In this document: in pieces, positions 31,091-39,955 of the stretch
Layout: every line of letters starts with the position of its first letter
How positions within the stretch are numbered: position 1 is the stretch's first letter
From: Tubiluchus corallicola
Taxonomy: Eukaryota > Animalia > Priapulida
Direction of reading: 5' to 3'
Assembly: GCA_030141605.1 (NCBI GenBank)
Contig: JAQGDQ010000093.1
Span: 1-64,000, forward strand
DNA length: 64,000 nucleotides
Made by a program: the position numbers and the translations under genes
The notes under the pieces: generated by a model
What the model was told of the DNA's origin: nothing
Databases searched by the model: none
The model's input: the letters and a program-made list of their open reading frames with translations, nothing else

Positions 31091-32383
31091 ATGAATGAAA
31101 TGAACAGTTGGGGAAATTATCCTAAACATAATTCAAAGTATAATGACTTTGATATTGATAATAAATCTAGTTTGTTTAGAGGAAAAACTATACCATATGG
31201 AAATGGAAGGTCTTATGGTGATTCATGTTTAAGTGAAAATATTATCGGATTTAAGAAGTGGAATCATTTCCTTTCTTTTAAAAAAAATTCAGGTTTATTA
31301 AAAATTCAATCTGGAGTTCTACTTAGTGAAATTATAGAAGTAATTATTCCCAATGGATGGTTTTTAAAAGTTAATCCTGGAACCAAATTAATTACTGTTG
31401 GTGGTGCAATTGCCTCTGATATTCATGGGAAAAACCATCATATTGAAGGTTGTTTTTCAGAGTGTGTCAACTGGTTCAATTTACTATTACCTTCAGGAAA
31501 AATTTTAAAATGTAGTAGAGAGGAAAATCAAGATTTGTTTTTTTCAACATGTGGAGGGATGGGACTTACTGGATTTATTTTGGAAATAGAATTACAACTT
31601 AAAAAAATTAACTCCATATACATCAATCAAAAAACCATTAAAACAAAAAATCTTAAAGAGACATTCGAGGTTTTTGAAACTATTAAAAATGAACCTTACT
31701 CTGTTGCTTGGATTGATTGTCTATCTAAGGGAGATAAAATAGGTAGAAGTTTAATTATGAGTGGGGATTTTGATGACGATGGAGATTTAAATTACTCCCC
31801 TAAAAAAAGATTAAATATTCCATTTAATTTTCCTTCATTTTCACTTAATACACTAACGGTTAAGATTTTCAATTTTTTATACTACAATAGAGTATTTAAG
31901 AAAATTTCATTTCAAAAAGTAGAATTTGATTCATTTTTCTTCCCTTTAGATTCAATTAGAAATTGGAATAGAATCTATGGAAAAAAAGGATTCACTCAAT
32001 ATCAGTTTATCTTACCTAAACAAGAAAGTTTTGAGGGTTTAAAATCTATTCTTAACGAGATTTCAAACTCTGGTAAAGGTTCGTTTCTTGCAGTATTAAA
32101 ACTATACGGAAAGAAAAATAGGAATTACTTATCTTTTCCTCTTGAAGGGTATAGTTTAGCTCTCGATTTTAAAATTGAAAAGGGGTTATTTGAACTGTTA
32201 GATAGATTAGATGAAATTGTTTTAAAACATAAGGGGAGAATTTACCTTTCGAAAGATGTTAGAGTATCAAAAGAAGTTTTTGAAAAAGGATATCCACAAA
32301 TTAACAAGTTTAGAGAAATTCGTAAAAAATATAGGTTAAACGAGGTTTTTTCCTCATTACAATCCAAAAGAGTTGGAATTTAA
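31091..32383 (+). CDS. Polyprenyl-phosphoribose 2'-oxidase, DprE1-like FAD-linked oxidase
   Basis: G.GRSYGD, PGTK.ITVGGAIASDIHGKNHH, GGMGLTG, YSVAWID, WNR.YG..GF.QYQF, FL.VLK, LALDF, GR.YL.KD. Confidence 0.92.
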   Translation: MNEMNSWGNYPKHNSKYNDFDIDNKSSLFRGKTIPYGNGRSYGDSCLSENIIGFKKWNHFLSFKKNSGLLKIQSGVLLSEIIEVIIPNGWFLKVNPGTKLITVGGAIASDIHGKNHHIEGCFSECVNWFNLLLPSGKILKCSREENQDLFFSTCGGMGLTGFILEIELQLKKINSIYINQKTIKTKNLKETFEVFETIKNEPYSVAWIDCLSKGDKIGRSLIMSGDFDDDGDLNYSPKKRLNIPFNFPSFSLNTLTVKIFNFLYYNRVFKKISFQKVEFDSFFFPLDSIRNWNRIYGKKGFTQYQFILPKQESFEGLKSILNEISNSGKGSFLAVLKLYGKKNRNYLSFPLEGYSLALDFKIEKGLFELLDRLDEIVLKHKGRIYLSKDVRVSKEVFEKGYPQINKFREIRKKYRLNEVFSSLQSKRVGI

Positions 32384-33116
32384 AAATAAGACAGTTTTAA
32401 TATTAGGAGGTAATAGTGATGTTGGAAAGTCACTTGCAAAAGATTTTGGTAAACTTGGTTCAAATTTAATCTTAACATCAAGAAAAGAGGGACAACTAGA
32501 TTCATTCAAATCTGATTTAGAGATAAGAAATGAAATTAATTGTGATATTGAGTTATTCGATGTTTTAGATTTTAAATCACATGATTCATTTTATAAGAAA
32601 CTAAAAACAAAACCAGATATTGTTATAACCTGTATTGGATATCTTGACAAACAAGAGGATTCACAGATTGATTTTCAAGAATCTCTTATATCAATTCAGA
32701 CTAATTTTACTGGTCTTGTAAGCATTCTTAATATTATTTCAAATGATTTTGAGGAAAGAGGTAAAGGAATAATAGTTGGAATGAGTTCAGTGGCAGGAGA
32801 TAGAGGGAGAGGTTCTAATTACATATATGGAAGTTCTAAATCTGCTTTTTCCTCATTTTTAAGTGGATTAAGAAATCGATTAAATAAGTCAGGTGTAAAA
32901 GTAATTACAATCAAACCAGGATTTATTGAAACTAAAATGACAGGTCATTTAGACTTACCAAAGATGCTAACTACAAAACCTGATGATATTTCAAAAAGTA
33001 TTATTAACTCAATCACAAAGAAGAAAAATGTAATTTATTCTAAGTGGTTCTGGGAGTTTATTATGTTGATAATTAAAGTGATTCCTGAAACTATTTTTAA
33101 AAAATTGACATTATGA
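32373..33116 (+). CDS. DprE2-like short-chain dehydrogenase/reductase
   Basis: LILGGNSDVG, SSVAGDRGR.SNY.YGSSK, KPGFI.T.MT; overlaps the end of the DprE1-like gene. Confidence 0.88.
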   Translation: MEFKNKTVLILGGNSDVGKSLAKDFGKLGSNLILTSRKEGQLDSFKSDLEIRNEINCDIELFDVLDFKSHDSFYKKLKTKPDIVITCIGYLDKQEDSQIDFQESLISIQTNFTGLVSILNIISNDFEERGKGIIVGMSSVAGDRGRGSNYIYGSSKSAFSSFLSGLRNRLNKSGVKVITIKPGFIETKMTGHLDLPKMLTTKPDDISKSIINSITKKKNVIYSKWFWEFIMLIIKVIPETIFKKLTL

Positions 33117-34165
33117 AAAGAATAAAAAATATTTTAAGCGAAAAACTTTTTTTGATTGGACTTATCCTAATTAATATTTTATTATATCCCGTTGTTGATC
33201 CGGATTCAGGATTCTTATCACAACATAATAAATTACTAGACTATTCTAATAATAATATTGAATCAGAATTTTCCGAAAAATCTGAAATGTCTTTTGTTTT
33301 AGGTTCATCTTATTATGGTGATACAGAAAATTATATTAAAATGGCTATGGATGATTCAAGTTTTTCTCCTTACAAATACAGAGTACTTTATCCAGAAATA
33401 GTGGGTTTCATGTCAAACTTTTGGTTTGGTTCAAAAAATTATATACCCATTATTTACACATCAATATTTATAAACTACATTATTTGTCTTTTAATTTTAA
33501 TGTTTACTTTTTCTTATTTTAACAACTATTCAGATTACCCCCTACTTATTTCCCTATGTATATTAACATCACCAGGGATTCTTAAAACTCTTCCAAATCT
33601 AATGATTGAAATTCCTTCAGTCTTTATAATGATTTTAATACTTATAAATTTGAAAAACACACGAACCCTCCCTCTTCTACTCATATTTGCAATGTTCATA
33701 AAAGAAGTTTTTGTGTTGTTGTCAATACCTCTATTTTTTACGTTTATTAAGAATCGTTCTTCATTTTATTTTTTATGTTCATTAATTCCACCAGTAATTT
33801 TTATACTTTTTAGAGTTTGGTTCAAAGATGACCCCTTATCAGTAAATTATGGATGGAAATTAAGTGAAGGGGAATTTAATCTTCATTACATAAATGGTAA
33901 ATTCGGTAGTTTACGTAGTACTATTGTTACCATACTTAGAATTTTATTTATTTTATCTCCGTTCTACTTACTTTTTTCAAAAAAACATTACATAAATGGT
34001 AGGTTTTTTAAACAAAATCTTCCATGGATTTTCTTTATAGTATTTGTTATTATCTCTGGATTATTTCTGTCTAGTAGATTAATAAGACCTTGGGTTATTA
34101 TAACTCCTGTCATTTTTTATTTAACATACACTTACAATGAAGAAAAATCTGATTTATTTAATTGA
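33113..34165 (+). CDS. Polytopic membrane protein, candidate GT-C glycosyltransferase
   Basis: N-terminal TM, long first loop with GDTENY...PYKYR, then ~8-9 TM segments and a KE motif; ATGA overlap with the upstream gene. Confidence 0.55.
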   Translation: MKRIKNILSEKLFLIGLILINILLYPVVDPDSGFLSQHNKLLDYSNNNIESEFSEKSEMSFVLGSSYYGDTENYIKMAMDDSSFSPYKYRVLYPEIVGFMSNFWFGSKNYIPIIYTSIFINYIICLLILMFTFSYFNNYSDYPLLISLCILTSPGILKTLPNLMIEIPSVFIMILILINLKNTRTLPLLLIFAMFIKEVFVLLSIPLFFTFIKNRSSFYFLCSLIPPVIFILFRVWFKDDPLSVNYGWKLSEGEFNLHYINGKFGSLRSTIVTILRILFILSPFYLLFSKKHYINGRFFKQNLPWIFFIVFVIISGLFLSSRLIRPWVIITPVIFYLTYTYNEEKSDLFN

Positions 34166-34712
34166 TTTTGATGGAACAATTACAAATGGGGATTCATTAA
34201 TTAAATTCTCTTTTTTTTCATTAGGAATATTTCAATTTTTAAAATTTTGGTTATCCGTTTTATTTCTATTCCCTTTTTATTCGAGGAGTGATTTAAAAGA
34301 AATGTTTTATTTAAATTTTAATGAATTCAAGTTAGATGATTTTAACCTTTTGAGTTTAGATTTTTTTAATCTAAAACTTAAAAAATCAATCAAAGAATCA
34401 TTTAAAGATTTTAACAAAAAAATAAATAAAGATTCTAAGACAGTAATTGTTTCAGCTAGTATCTCCAATTATCTAAAACCATGGTGTGATGAAATGGGTT
34501 TTGATTTAATTTCAACAGAGTTAGAAACTATAGATGGAAAATTAACAGGGAGGTTTTCAACTCCTAATTGTAATGGAAAAGAAAAGGTTAGAAGAATTAA
34601 AGAAAAATATAATCTAAAAGAATTTGATGAGATTCATGTTTTTGGAAATTCAAAAGGAGATTTTCCAATGTTAGAATTAGGAACACATAAATACTATAAG
34701 TTCTTTAAATAA
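34137..34712 (+). CDS. HAD-IB family phosphatase
   Basis: Motif I DFDGT, motif II VSAS, motif III NCNGKEK, motif IV FGNSKGD. Confidence 0.9.
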   Translation: MKKNLIYLIDFDGTITNGDSLIKFSFFSLGIFQFLKFWLSVLFLFPFYSRSDLKEMFYLNFNEFKLDDFNLLSLDFFNLKLKKSIKESFKDFNKKINKDSKTVIVSASISNYLKPWCDEMGFDLISTELETIDGKLTGRFSTPNCNGKEKVRRIKEKYNLKEFDEIHVFGNSKGDFPMLELGTHKYYKFFK

Positions 34713-35040
34713 ACTTCTCCAAATCATACCCCACAAAATTCCTACCTAACTTATCACAGACTCTTCCTGTTGTTCCACTCCCCATAAAAGGGTCCAATAT
34801 CAATTCAAACTCTTTAGAAGTTTGAAGAATGGGTAGAGTGATAATTTCCTCAGGGAAAGGAGCTGGGTGTTCTCCTTCAATATCCAACTTTTGATTTGCT
34901 ACCGATGTTCTTACGATATCCTCATTCCAATAATCTCCCATATTCTTTCCTTTGATGTTAGGTAGATAGGGTGATATGGAGTTTGAGTATTCTCCCTTTA
35001 CAATTCTGTGTCGAGGTGGTAGTGAGGGTTTTTCTTTACC
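34705..35040 (-). pseudogene. C-terminal remnant of a beta-class N4C/N6A DNA methyltransferase
   Basis: HPAPFP and ILDPFMGSGTT (motifs X and I); frame open only back to ~35040; no catalytic SPPY/DPPY half. Confidence 0.8.
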
Positions 35041-35414
35041 CTATCATTTTCCTATGGGTGAAAATTTTTGTTCCGGTATTTTTTGATGAGGAATGGATTA
35101 GTGTAGAAAATCCATATGGGGAATCTGCTACCTCGATATAGTAAAACCTCCGATTCAGGTTTTCAGAAATTCAAACCCCTGAGTTCCGAGAAACATAGGG
35201 GTATTCTCCACCAATACTAATATACGAAAAAACCCTGAAAACACCAATAAAATCAAGGGTTTTTACAGAGATGGTGGTAGATTTTTTCCTATTAAAGATG
35301 TGTAGTTGAGAATAGGATTTAAAAAATAGGATTTTTACTCAAAATAGTTGGATAATTGGTTGTTTTTTCCTAAATTAGACATATAATGTTTAACACATCA
35401 AAAATAGGAACAAT

Positions 35415-36026
35415 ATGAAGGTGTTTTACTCTCGTGTTTCAACAATAGAACAAAACGAATCAAGACAAATTCAAAATCTTGAAGGATTTGATGAAATCCT
35501 AATAGATAAAGAATCAGGACTTACACCGCTGTTTGAAAGAAAGAACGGAGGAAAACTAAGAAAGTGGATTGATGAAGGTGTTTTAACTCATTTAGAGGTT
35601 CACTCAATTGACCGATTGGGTCGTGATACTTTATCTGTTCTTCAGGTATGGAAAGAACTAACTGAAAGGGGAATCCGAGTTGTTTGTAGAAATCCCAACT
35701 TCCAAAATCTTAATGATAATGGTGAAAAAGATTACTTCTCTGAACTACTCTTGAACATATTATCGACCATGTCATCTTTTGAGAAATCACTTATATCTCA
35801 AAGACAAATGGAAGGAATCCGAGTGGCACAGATGATGGGTAAATACAAAAACAGAAAGAAGAGAGGTAAGGAAACTACAATGAAGTTCCTTCAAAAACAT
35901 TCTAAGGCAATCGAATATCTTGAAATGGGATTAAAAGGAAGTGAGGTTGGAAGATTATGTGATTTGAATAAGAATACAATTACCAAGATTAAAAAATATA
36001 TAAAACCAAATCTTCAATTAGTTTAG
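35415..36026 (+). CDS. Serine recombinase (resolvase/invertase family)
   Basis: YSRVST.EQN..RQ catalytic Ser motif, SIDRLGR, FEK.LI..RQ.EG, C-terminal HTH. Confidence 0.92.
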   Translation: MKVFYSRVSTIEQNESRQIQNLEGFDEILIDKESGLTPLFERKNGGKLRKWIDEGVLTHLEVHSIDRLGRDTLSVLQVWKELTERGIRVVCRNPNFQNLNDNGEKDYFSELLLNILSTMSSFEKSLISQRQMEGIRVAQMMGKYKNRKKRGKETTMKFLQKHSKAIEYLEMGLKGSEVGRLCDLNKNTITKIKKYIKPNLQLV

Positions 36027-36180
36027 TGATTACCTGATTACCGTAATCAAATAAAATGAATAAAAAAGAAAAGAAACATAGGAAACTCCTTTCAATTGAG
36101 ATAATGGAAAAACAGAAGGTTGAGGAGTGGGAGAGAGATGATGTATATAAAGATATATCTTTATACGAATGGGTAGAATT

Positions 36181-36206
36181 AAAGGTGAAATGAGAGTTTC
36201 ACCTTT
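36181..36206. terminator. Hairpin, original integrase/resolvase terminator
   Basis: AAAGGTGAAA-TGAGAG-TTTCACCTTT perfect 10-bp stem. Confidence 0.65.
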
Positions 36207-36215
36207 CTTTTTATA

Positions 36216-37591
36216 AGACACTGTTTCACAAAGTGTTAAAACTAAAAAAATACCGAGGGTTTGGCTATTTATAGCTGGACCCTTTTTTCAAATATAACTA
36301 AGAACTGATTCAAGACAATGCCCCAGTTTCTGATTGGCATTGACCATTTTTTAGTTGCTTCTCTGGTTGCCAAAAATACAGATTTCATTACAGCCTGGTC
36401 TGACGGGAATGAAAGTTTGTTTTTTGTGTATTTTCTGATTTTTCCGTTGAGATTCTCAATCAGGTTGGTTGTATAAATTATCTTTCTGATTTCCAGCGGA
36501 AACTCAAAGAATACTGTTAGATCTTCCCAGTTGTCTCGCCAGCTTTTAATTGCGTAAGAGTATTTATCCTCCCAAGCTGCTGCAAAATCTTCTAAAGCTG
36601 CTTTTGCAGCCTCTTTTGTAGGGGCATTATAGATTTGCTTCATATCTTTTGTAAATGCCTTTTTATCTTTCCAAACCACGTATCTGCTTGCGTTACGGAT
36701 TTGATGAACAACACATATTTGTGTTTTAGATTCAGGGAAAACAGTTCGGATAGTATCTGTAAAACCATTCAAGTTATCTGTTGCCGTAATCAGAATATCG
36801 TTAACTCCACGGGCTTTCATATCGGTAAGTACGTTCATCCAAAAGGCAGCGGACTCACTCTTGCCCAACCATAAGCCAAGAACCTCTTTTTTCCCATCTC
36901 TGCGAAGTCCTACGGCAATGTAAACGGTTTTGTTGACGACCTTAGAGTTCTCCCGCACTTTAAATACAATGCCATCCATCCAAACAATTAGGTATACAAT
37001 TTCCAGAGGTCGGTTCTGCCACGCTACAATGTCGTTGGTGACTGAATCGGTAATCCTTGATATGGTGGATGTAGAAACTTCAAAACCGTATAGCTCCCGA
37101 ATTTGCTCTTCAATATCGCTATTACTCATTCCTTTAGCATAAAACGAAACAATGATATTCTCTAAGCCATCGACCATGTTCCCTCCTTTGGGTACAATCA
37201 TCGGATTAAACGAAGCATCACGGTCTCGGGGAACCTGAATGTTGGATTCTCCCAGAGTGGTTCGGACTCTCTTCTCTGAATAGCCATTGCGGGCATTCTG
37301 ATTATCCGATTTTTGATTCTTATCATAGCCTAAATGACCATCGAGTTCTCCTTCAAGCATCTTTTCAATGCCTCGTTTTTGGAGCTCTTGTAAAAAACCA
37401 TTGAGCTCTTCCCCTGAATTAAACTGTTCAAGGAAATCATCATTTAATAAATCTTCTTTTTTCATTACTGTCTAAAGTTTTAAAATTAAACAAAAAAATG
37501 CCGAGGGTTGCAACCCTCGGCATTTTCTATTTACACAGTTTATGAGATAGTGCTGTATTTTTTTAGTTTACACACTTTGTGAAACAGTGTC
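36216..37591 (-). mobile_element. IS256-family insertion sequence
   Basis: 37-bp inverted repeats GACACTGTTTCACAAAGTGT... (35/37 match); TTTTTATA duplication at 36208-36215 and 37592-37599. Confidence 0.93.
36269..37465 (-). CDS. IS256-family (Mutator-like) transposase, intact
   Basis: [38 protein letters not shown]. Confidence 0.95.
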   Translation of the reverse strand: MKKEDLLNDDFLEQFNSGEELNGFLQELQKRGIEKMLEGELDGHLGYDKNQKSDNQNARNGYSEKRVRTTLGESNIQVPRDRDASFNPMIVPKGGNMVDGLENIIVSFYAKGMSNSDIEEQIRELYGFEVSTSTISRITDSVTNDIVAWQNRPLEIVYLIVWMDGIVFKVRENSKVVNKTVYIAVGLRRDGKKEVLGLWLGKSESAAFWMNVLTDMKARGVNDILITATDNLNGFTDTIRTVFPESKTQICVVHQIRNASRYVVWKDKKAFTKDMKQIYNAPTKEAAKAALEDFAAAWEDKYSYAIKSWRDNWEDLTVFFEFPLEIRKIIYTTNLIENLNGKIRKYTKNKLSFPSDQAVMKSVFLATREATKKWSMPIRNWGIVLNQFLVIFEKRVQL

Positions 37592-37594
37592 TTT

Positions 37595-39331
37595 TTATAC
37601 TTTATTCTTTCTAAGAATATTTCTTAAATCTCTATGTTGAAGAGTTTCCTTCATCATTTCTGTATTGATTCTACGATAGTAATTCATCGCTGTTTGATAA
37701 GAATGTCCGGTAATTTCTATCACATCTTCGATTCTTACATCTTGTAAAAACATATAACTCACAAAATAAGAACGAAGGTGGTGAGTTGATGTAATTCCTC
37801 TTTCTTTCCAATTGTATTCTCCTTCAGCCAATCTTTCTTTAAAAAGATTTAAATAATAATTGTTCGAATATCCCTTATCAGGTTTCTCGTTCATATTTGG
37901 TGAAGGGAATGTTTTTACATGGTCTTTAGGGTGAAATAATTCAAATATCACATCCATAATATTCGTTTCCCATACTGGGTATGGTAAAGGATTTTCTCCT
38001 TCTTCAAGAACTAATGTGTGTTTTTCATGATACTTAAATGGTATTCCTTTGGGAGGTTCAGACCATGAGTATATTCCATCTACGATAGGAATGGTTCTAT
38101 CCTTTTTCTTAGAGTTTACAATCTCCAAATAATAATAATCTAACTCCCCTTCTTTACCTTCAACTCTTCTGAAATATGAAGATACTTGTGTTTTAATTCT
38201 ATGTTTTTCCCAACCTTCTCTATTTCGATACGCTTGTAATATTTCTGTAATTCGAGTTCCATACATCAACTGAAGAAATGAAACAAAAAACACCACATCA
38301 CCCATTACGATGAGTTCCTTTGGTTGGTTTTTATGTTTCCTACCACTTAGAGTACCATCTTTTAATTTTTCATTGTAGGATAATCTTTCTTCTCGTATTC
38401 TCTCTCTATCTCCCTCGTATTTACAATATAGATTCCAAACCTCTCTAATGTATATTTGACAATCTTTCACAGATTGTTTGTAATTGGATGGTGAGAAATC
38501 ATCGTAGATTTTTTGTTGTTTAGAATTATGAGTTCCAAATCCTTCATCCAAGAGGAAGTTCTGATACTCAGGTGTGATTGTGTGTTCTTTAATTAAACCC
38601 CTACCGTTTTCACTTTTGGGTTTGGTTAACCAGTTTAAAAACATTCTAACCGATTGGAGGTGAAGTTTTATGGTAGCTCTTGTAAGTTGTTTATCACCTA
38701 CTATACTTCCATCTCTTGTTTTTTTGTTTCTGTTTTTTAATGAGTAGAAGTATTCTTTGAATTTTTCTCTGAAATCTTCACCCTTTGAAACATCAATAGT
38801 TTTAATCTTTTTCTCTTCACAGAAAGATTTAAATTCACCGAGAACCCTTAATCTTCTTTTCATTGTAGAAAAGTTCTTCAGATTATTACCTAAACCGTTA
38901 TAAGTGACAGCCTGATATTTCTTCTTTCCTTTTCCCTTTTCAACGAACTCAATTCCACCATCCTTGATACAAACCGCTAAATACTCATCGATGTATTTAG
39001 ATAGGTTTGGTTCGATTACATTCTTATTGGAAAACTGATGATTTATTTTTTGAAGAAAAACCTTTGTAGCGTGTTGGAAAGAACTCTCCCCATCCTTTAT
39101 TTGAACATCACAACTACATAGGTATTTTTTTCTCGGTTTTATTTTCGTGGAGGAGAAGTTGTAATTCCAAGAATACTTTCCATTCGAGGTATTTTTTTTA
39201 ATGAAAAACTTACCCTTGTAATCTTCCCCTATTATCTCATCAGCAAACTGAAAGAAACTATTTTCAGTCTCTAAACTCCAACCATAGGAGTTCATTATTT
39301 TGATTTTATCTGGGGAAATATCTCGTTCCAT
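37595..39331 (-). CDS. Large tyrosine recombinase/integrase of the island
   Basis: Catalytic set: YGTRITEIL (R), SKKK.R (K), HHLRSY (HxxR), ITGH (H), NYY (Y); -7 box TATCTTTG at 39355-39362. Confidence 0.88.
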   Translation of the reverse strand: MERDISPDKIKIMNSYGWSLETENSFFQFADEIIGEDYKGKFFIKKNTSNGKYSWNYNFSSTKIKPRKKYLCSCDVQIKDGESSFQHATKVFLQKINHQFSNKNVIEPNLSKYIDEYLAVCIKDGGIEFVEKGKGKKKYQAVTYNGLGNNLKNFSTMKRRLRVLGEFKSFCEEKKIKTIDVSKGEDFREKFKEYFYSLKNRNKKTRDGSIVGDKQLTRATIKLHLQSVRMFLNWLTKPKSENGRGLIKEHTITPEYQNFLLDEGFGTHNSKQQKIYDDFSPSNYKQSVKDCQIYIREVWNLYCKYEGDRERIREERLSYNEKLKDGTLSGRKHKNQPKELIVMGDVVFFVSFLQLMYGTRITEILQAYRNREGWEKHRIKTQVSSYFRRVEGKEGELDYYYLEIVNSKKKDRTIPIVDGIYSWSEPPKGIPFKYHEKHTLVLEEGENPLPYPVWETNIMDVIFELFHPKDHVKTFPSPNMNEKPDKGYSNNYYLNLFKERLAEGEYNWKERGITSTHHLRSYFVSYMFLQDVRIEDVIEITGHSYQTAMNYYRRINTEMMKETLQHRDLRNILRKNKV

Positions 39332-39445
39332 TTTTGATTAAAATTCCGAATAATCAAAGATATGAAAAAAATTGATATGGGGGGGGGAAGGTGGGAGGAA
39401 AAGTATATAAATGTATTATAACTAACTGATAATCAATCTATAGTA

Positions 39446-39460
39446 TACAATCATAACTTT
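39446..39460 (-). other. Right attachment site with the displaced native miaB start codon
   Basis: Minus strand reads AAAGTT-ATG-ATT-GTA; ATTGTA equals miaB codons I-V at 27984-27979. Confidence 0.75.
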
Positions 39461-39814
39461 NNNNNNNNNNNNNNNNNNNNNNNNNNNNNNNNNNNNNNNN
39501 NNNNNNNNNNNNNNNNNNNNNNNNNNNNNNNNNNNNNNNNNNNNNNNNNNNNNNNNNNNNNNNNNNNNNNNNNNNNNNNNNNNNNNNNNNNNNNNNNNNN
39601 NNNNNNNNNNNNNNNNNNNNNNNNNNNNNNNNNNNNNNNNNNNNNNNNNNNNNNNNNNNNNNNNNNNNNNNNNNNNNNNNNNNNNNNNNNNNNNNNNNNN
39701 NNNNNNNNNNNNNNNNNNNNNNNNNNNNNNNNNNNNNNNNNNNNNNNNNNNNNNNNNNNNNNNNNNNNNNNNNNNNNNNNNNNNNNNNNNNNNNNNNNNN
39801 NNNNNNNNNNNNNN
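39461..39814. other. Assembly gap (354 N)
   Basis: Run of n. Confidence 1.
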
Positions 39815-39955
39815 GAAGAGTTCTTTTTCAGAATAGGTTTGCTACTAAACTGTTAGGTGGGTTAATTAATGATTATAAGACCTGTGATTTTTGTCGGTTA
39901 TATTGTTAAAATGATCTGCCAGGCTGAGGGTTAAAATTTTTAAAAGGATTTTTTT

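Larger units (their letters stand above)
27979..39451. mobile_element. Tyrosine-integrase genomic island (~11.5 kb) inserted at the 5' end of miaB
   Basis: Markedly AT-richer than its flanks; integrase at the right end; TACAAT at 27979-27984 and 39446-39451; TGGGRGGAA repeats near both ends; joining the ends restores the miaB start. Confidence 0.85.

Noticed and set aside
27979-39451. Prophage or anti-phage defence island
   Set aside because: No structural, replication or recognisable defence genes; only a methyltransferase stump
39461-39814. Assembly gap as the bacterium/host boundary
   Set aside because: Both sides are Bacteroidota DNA; the real transition is at ~44922
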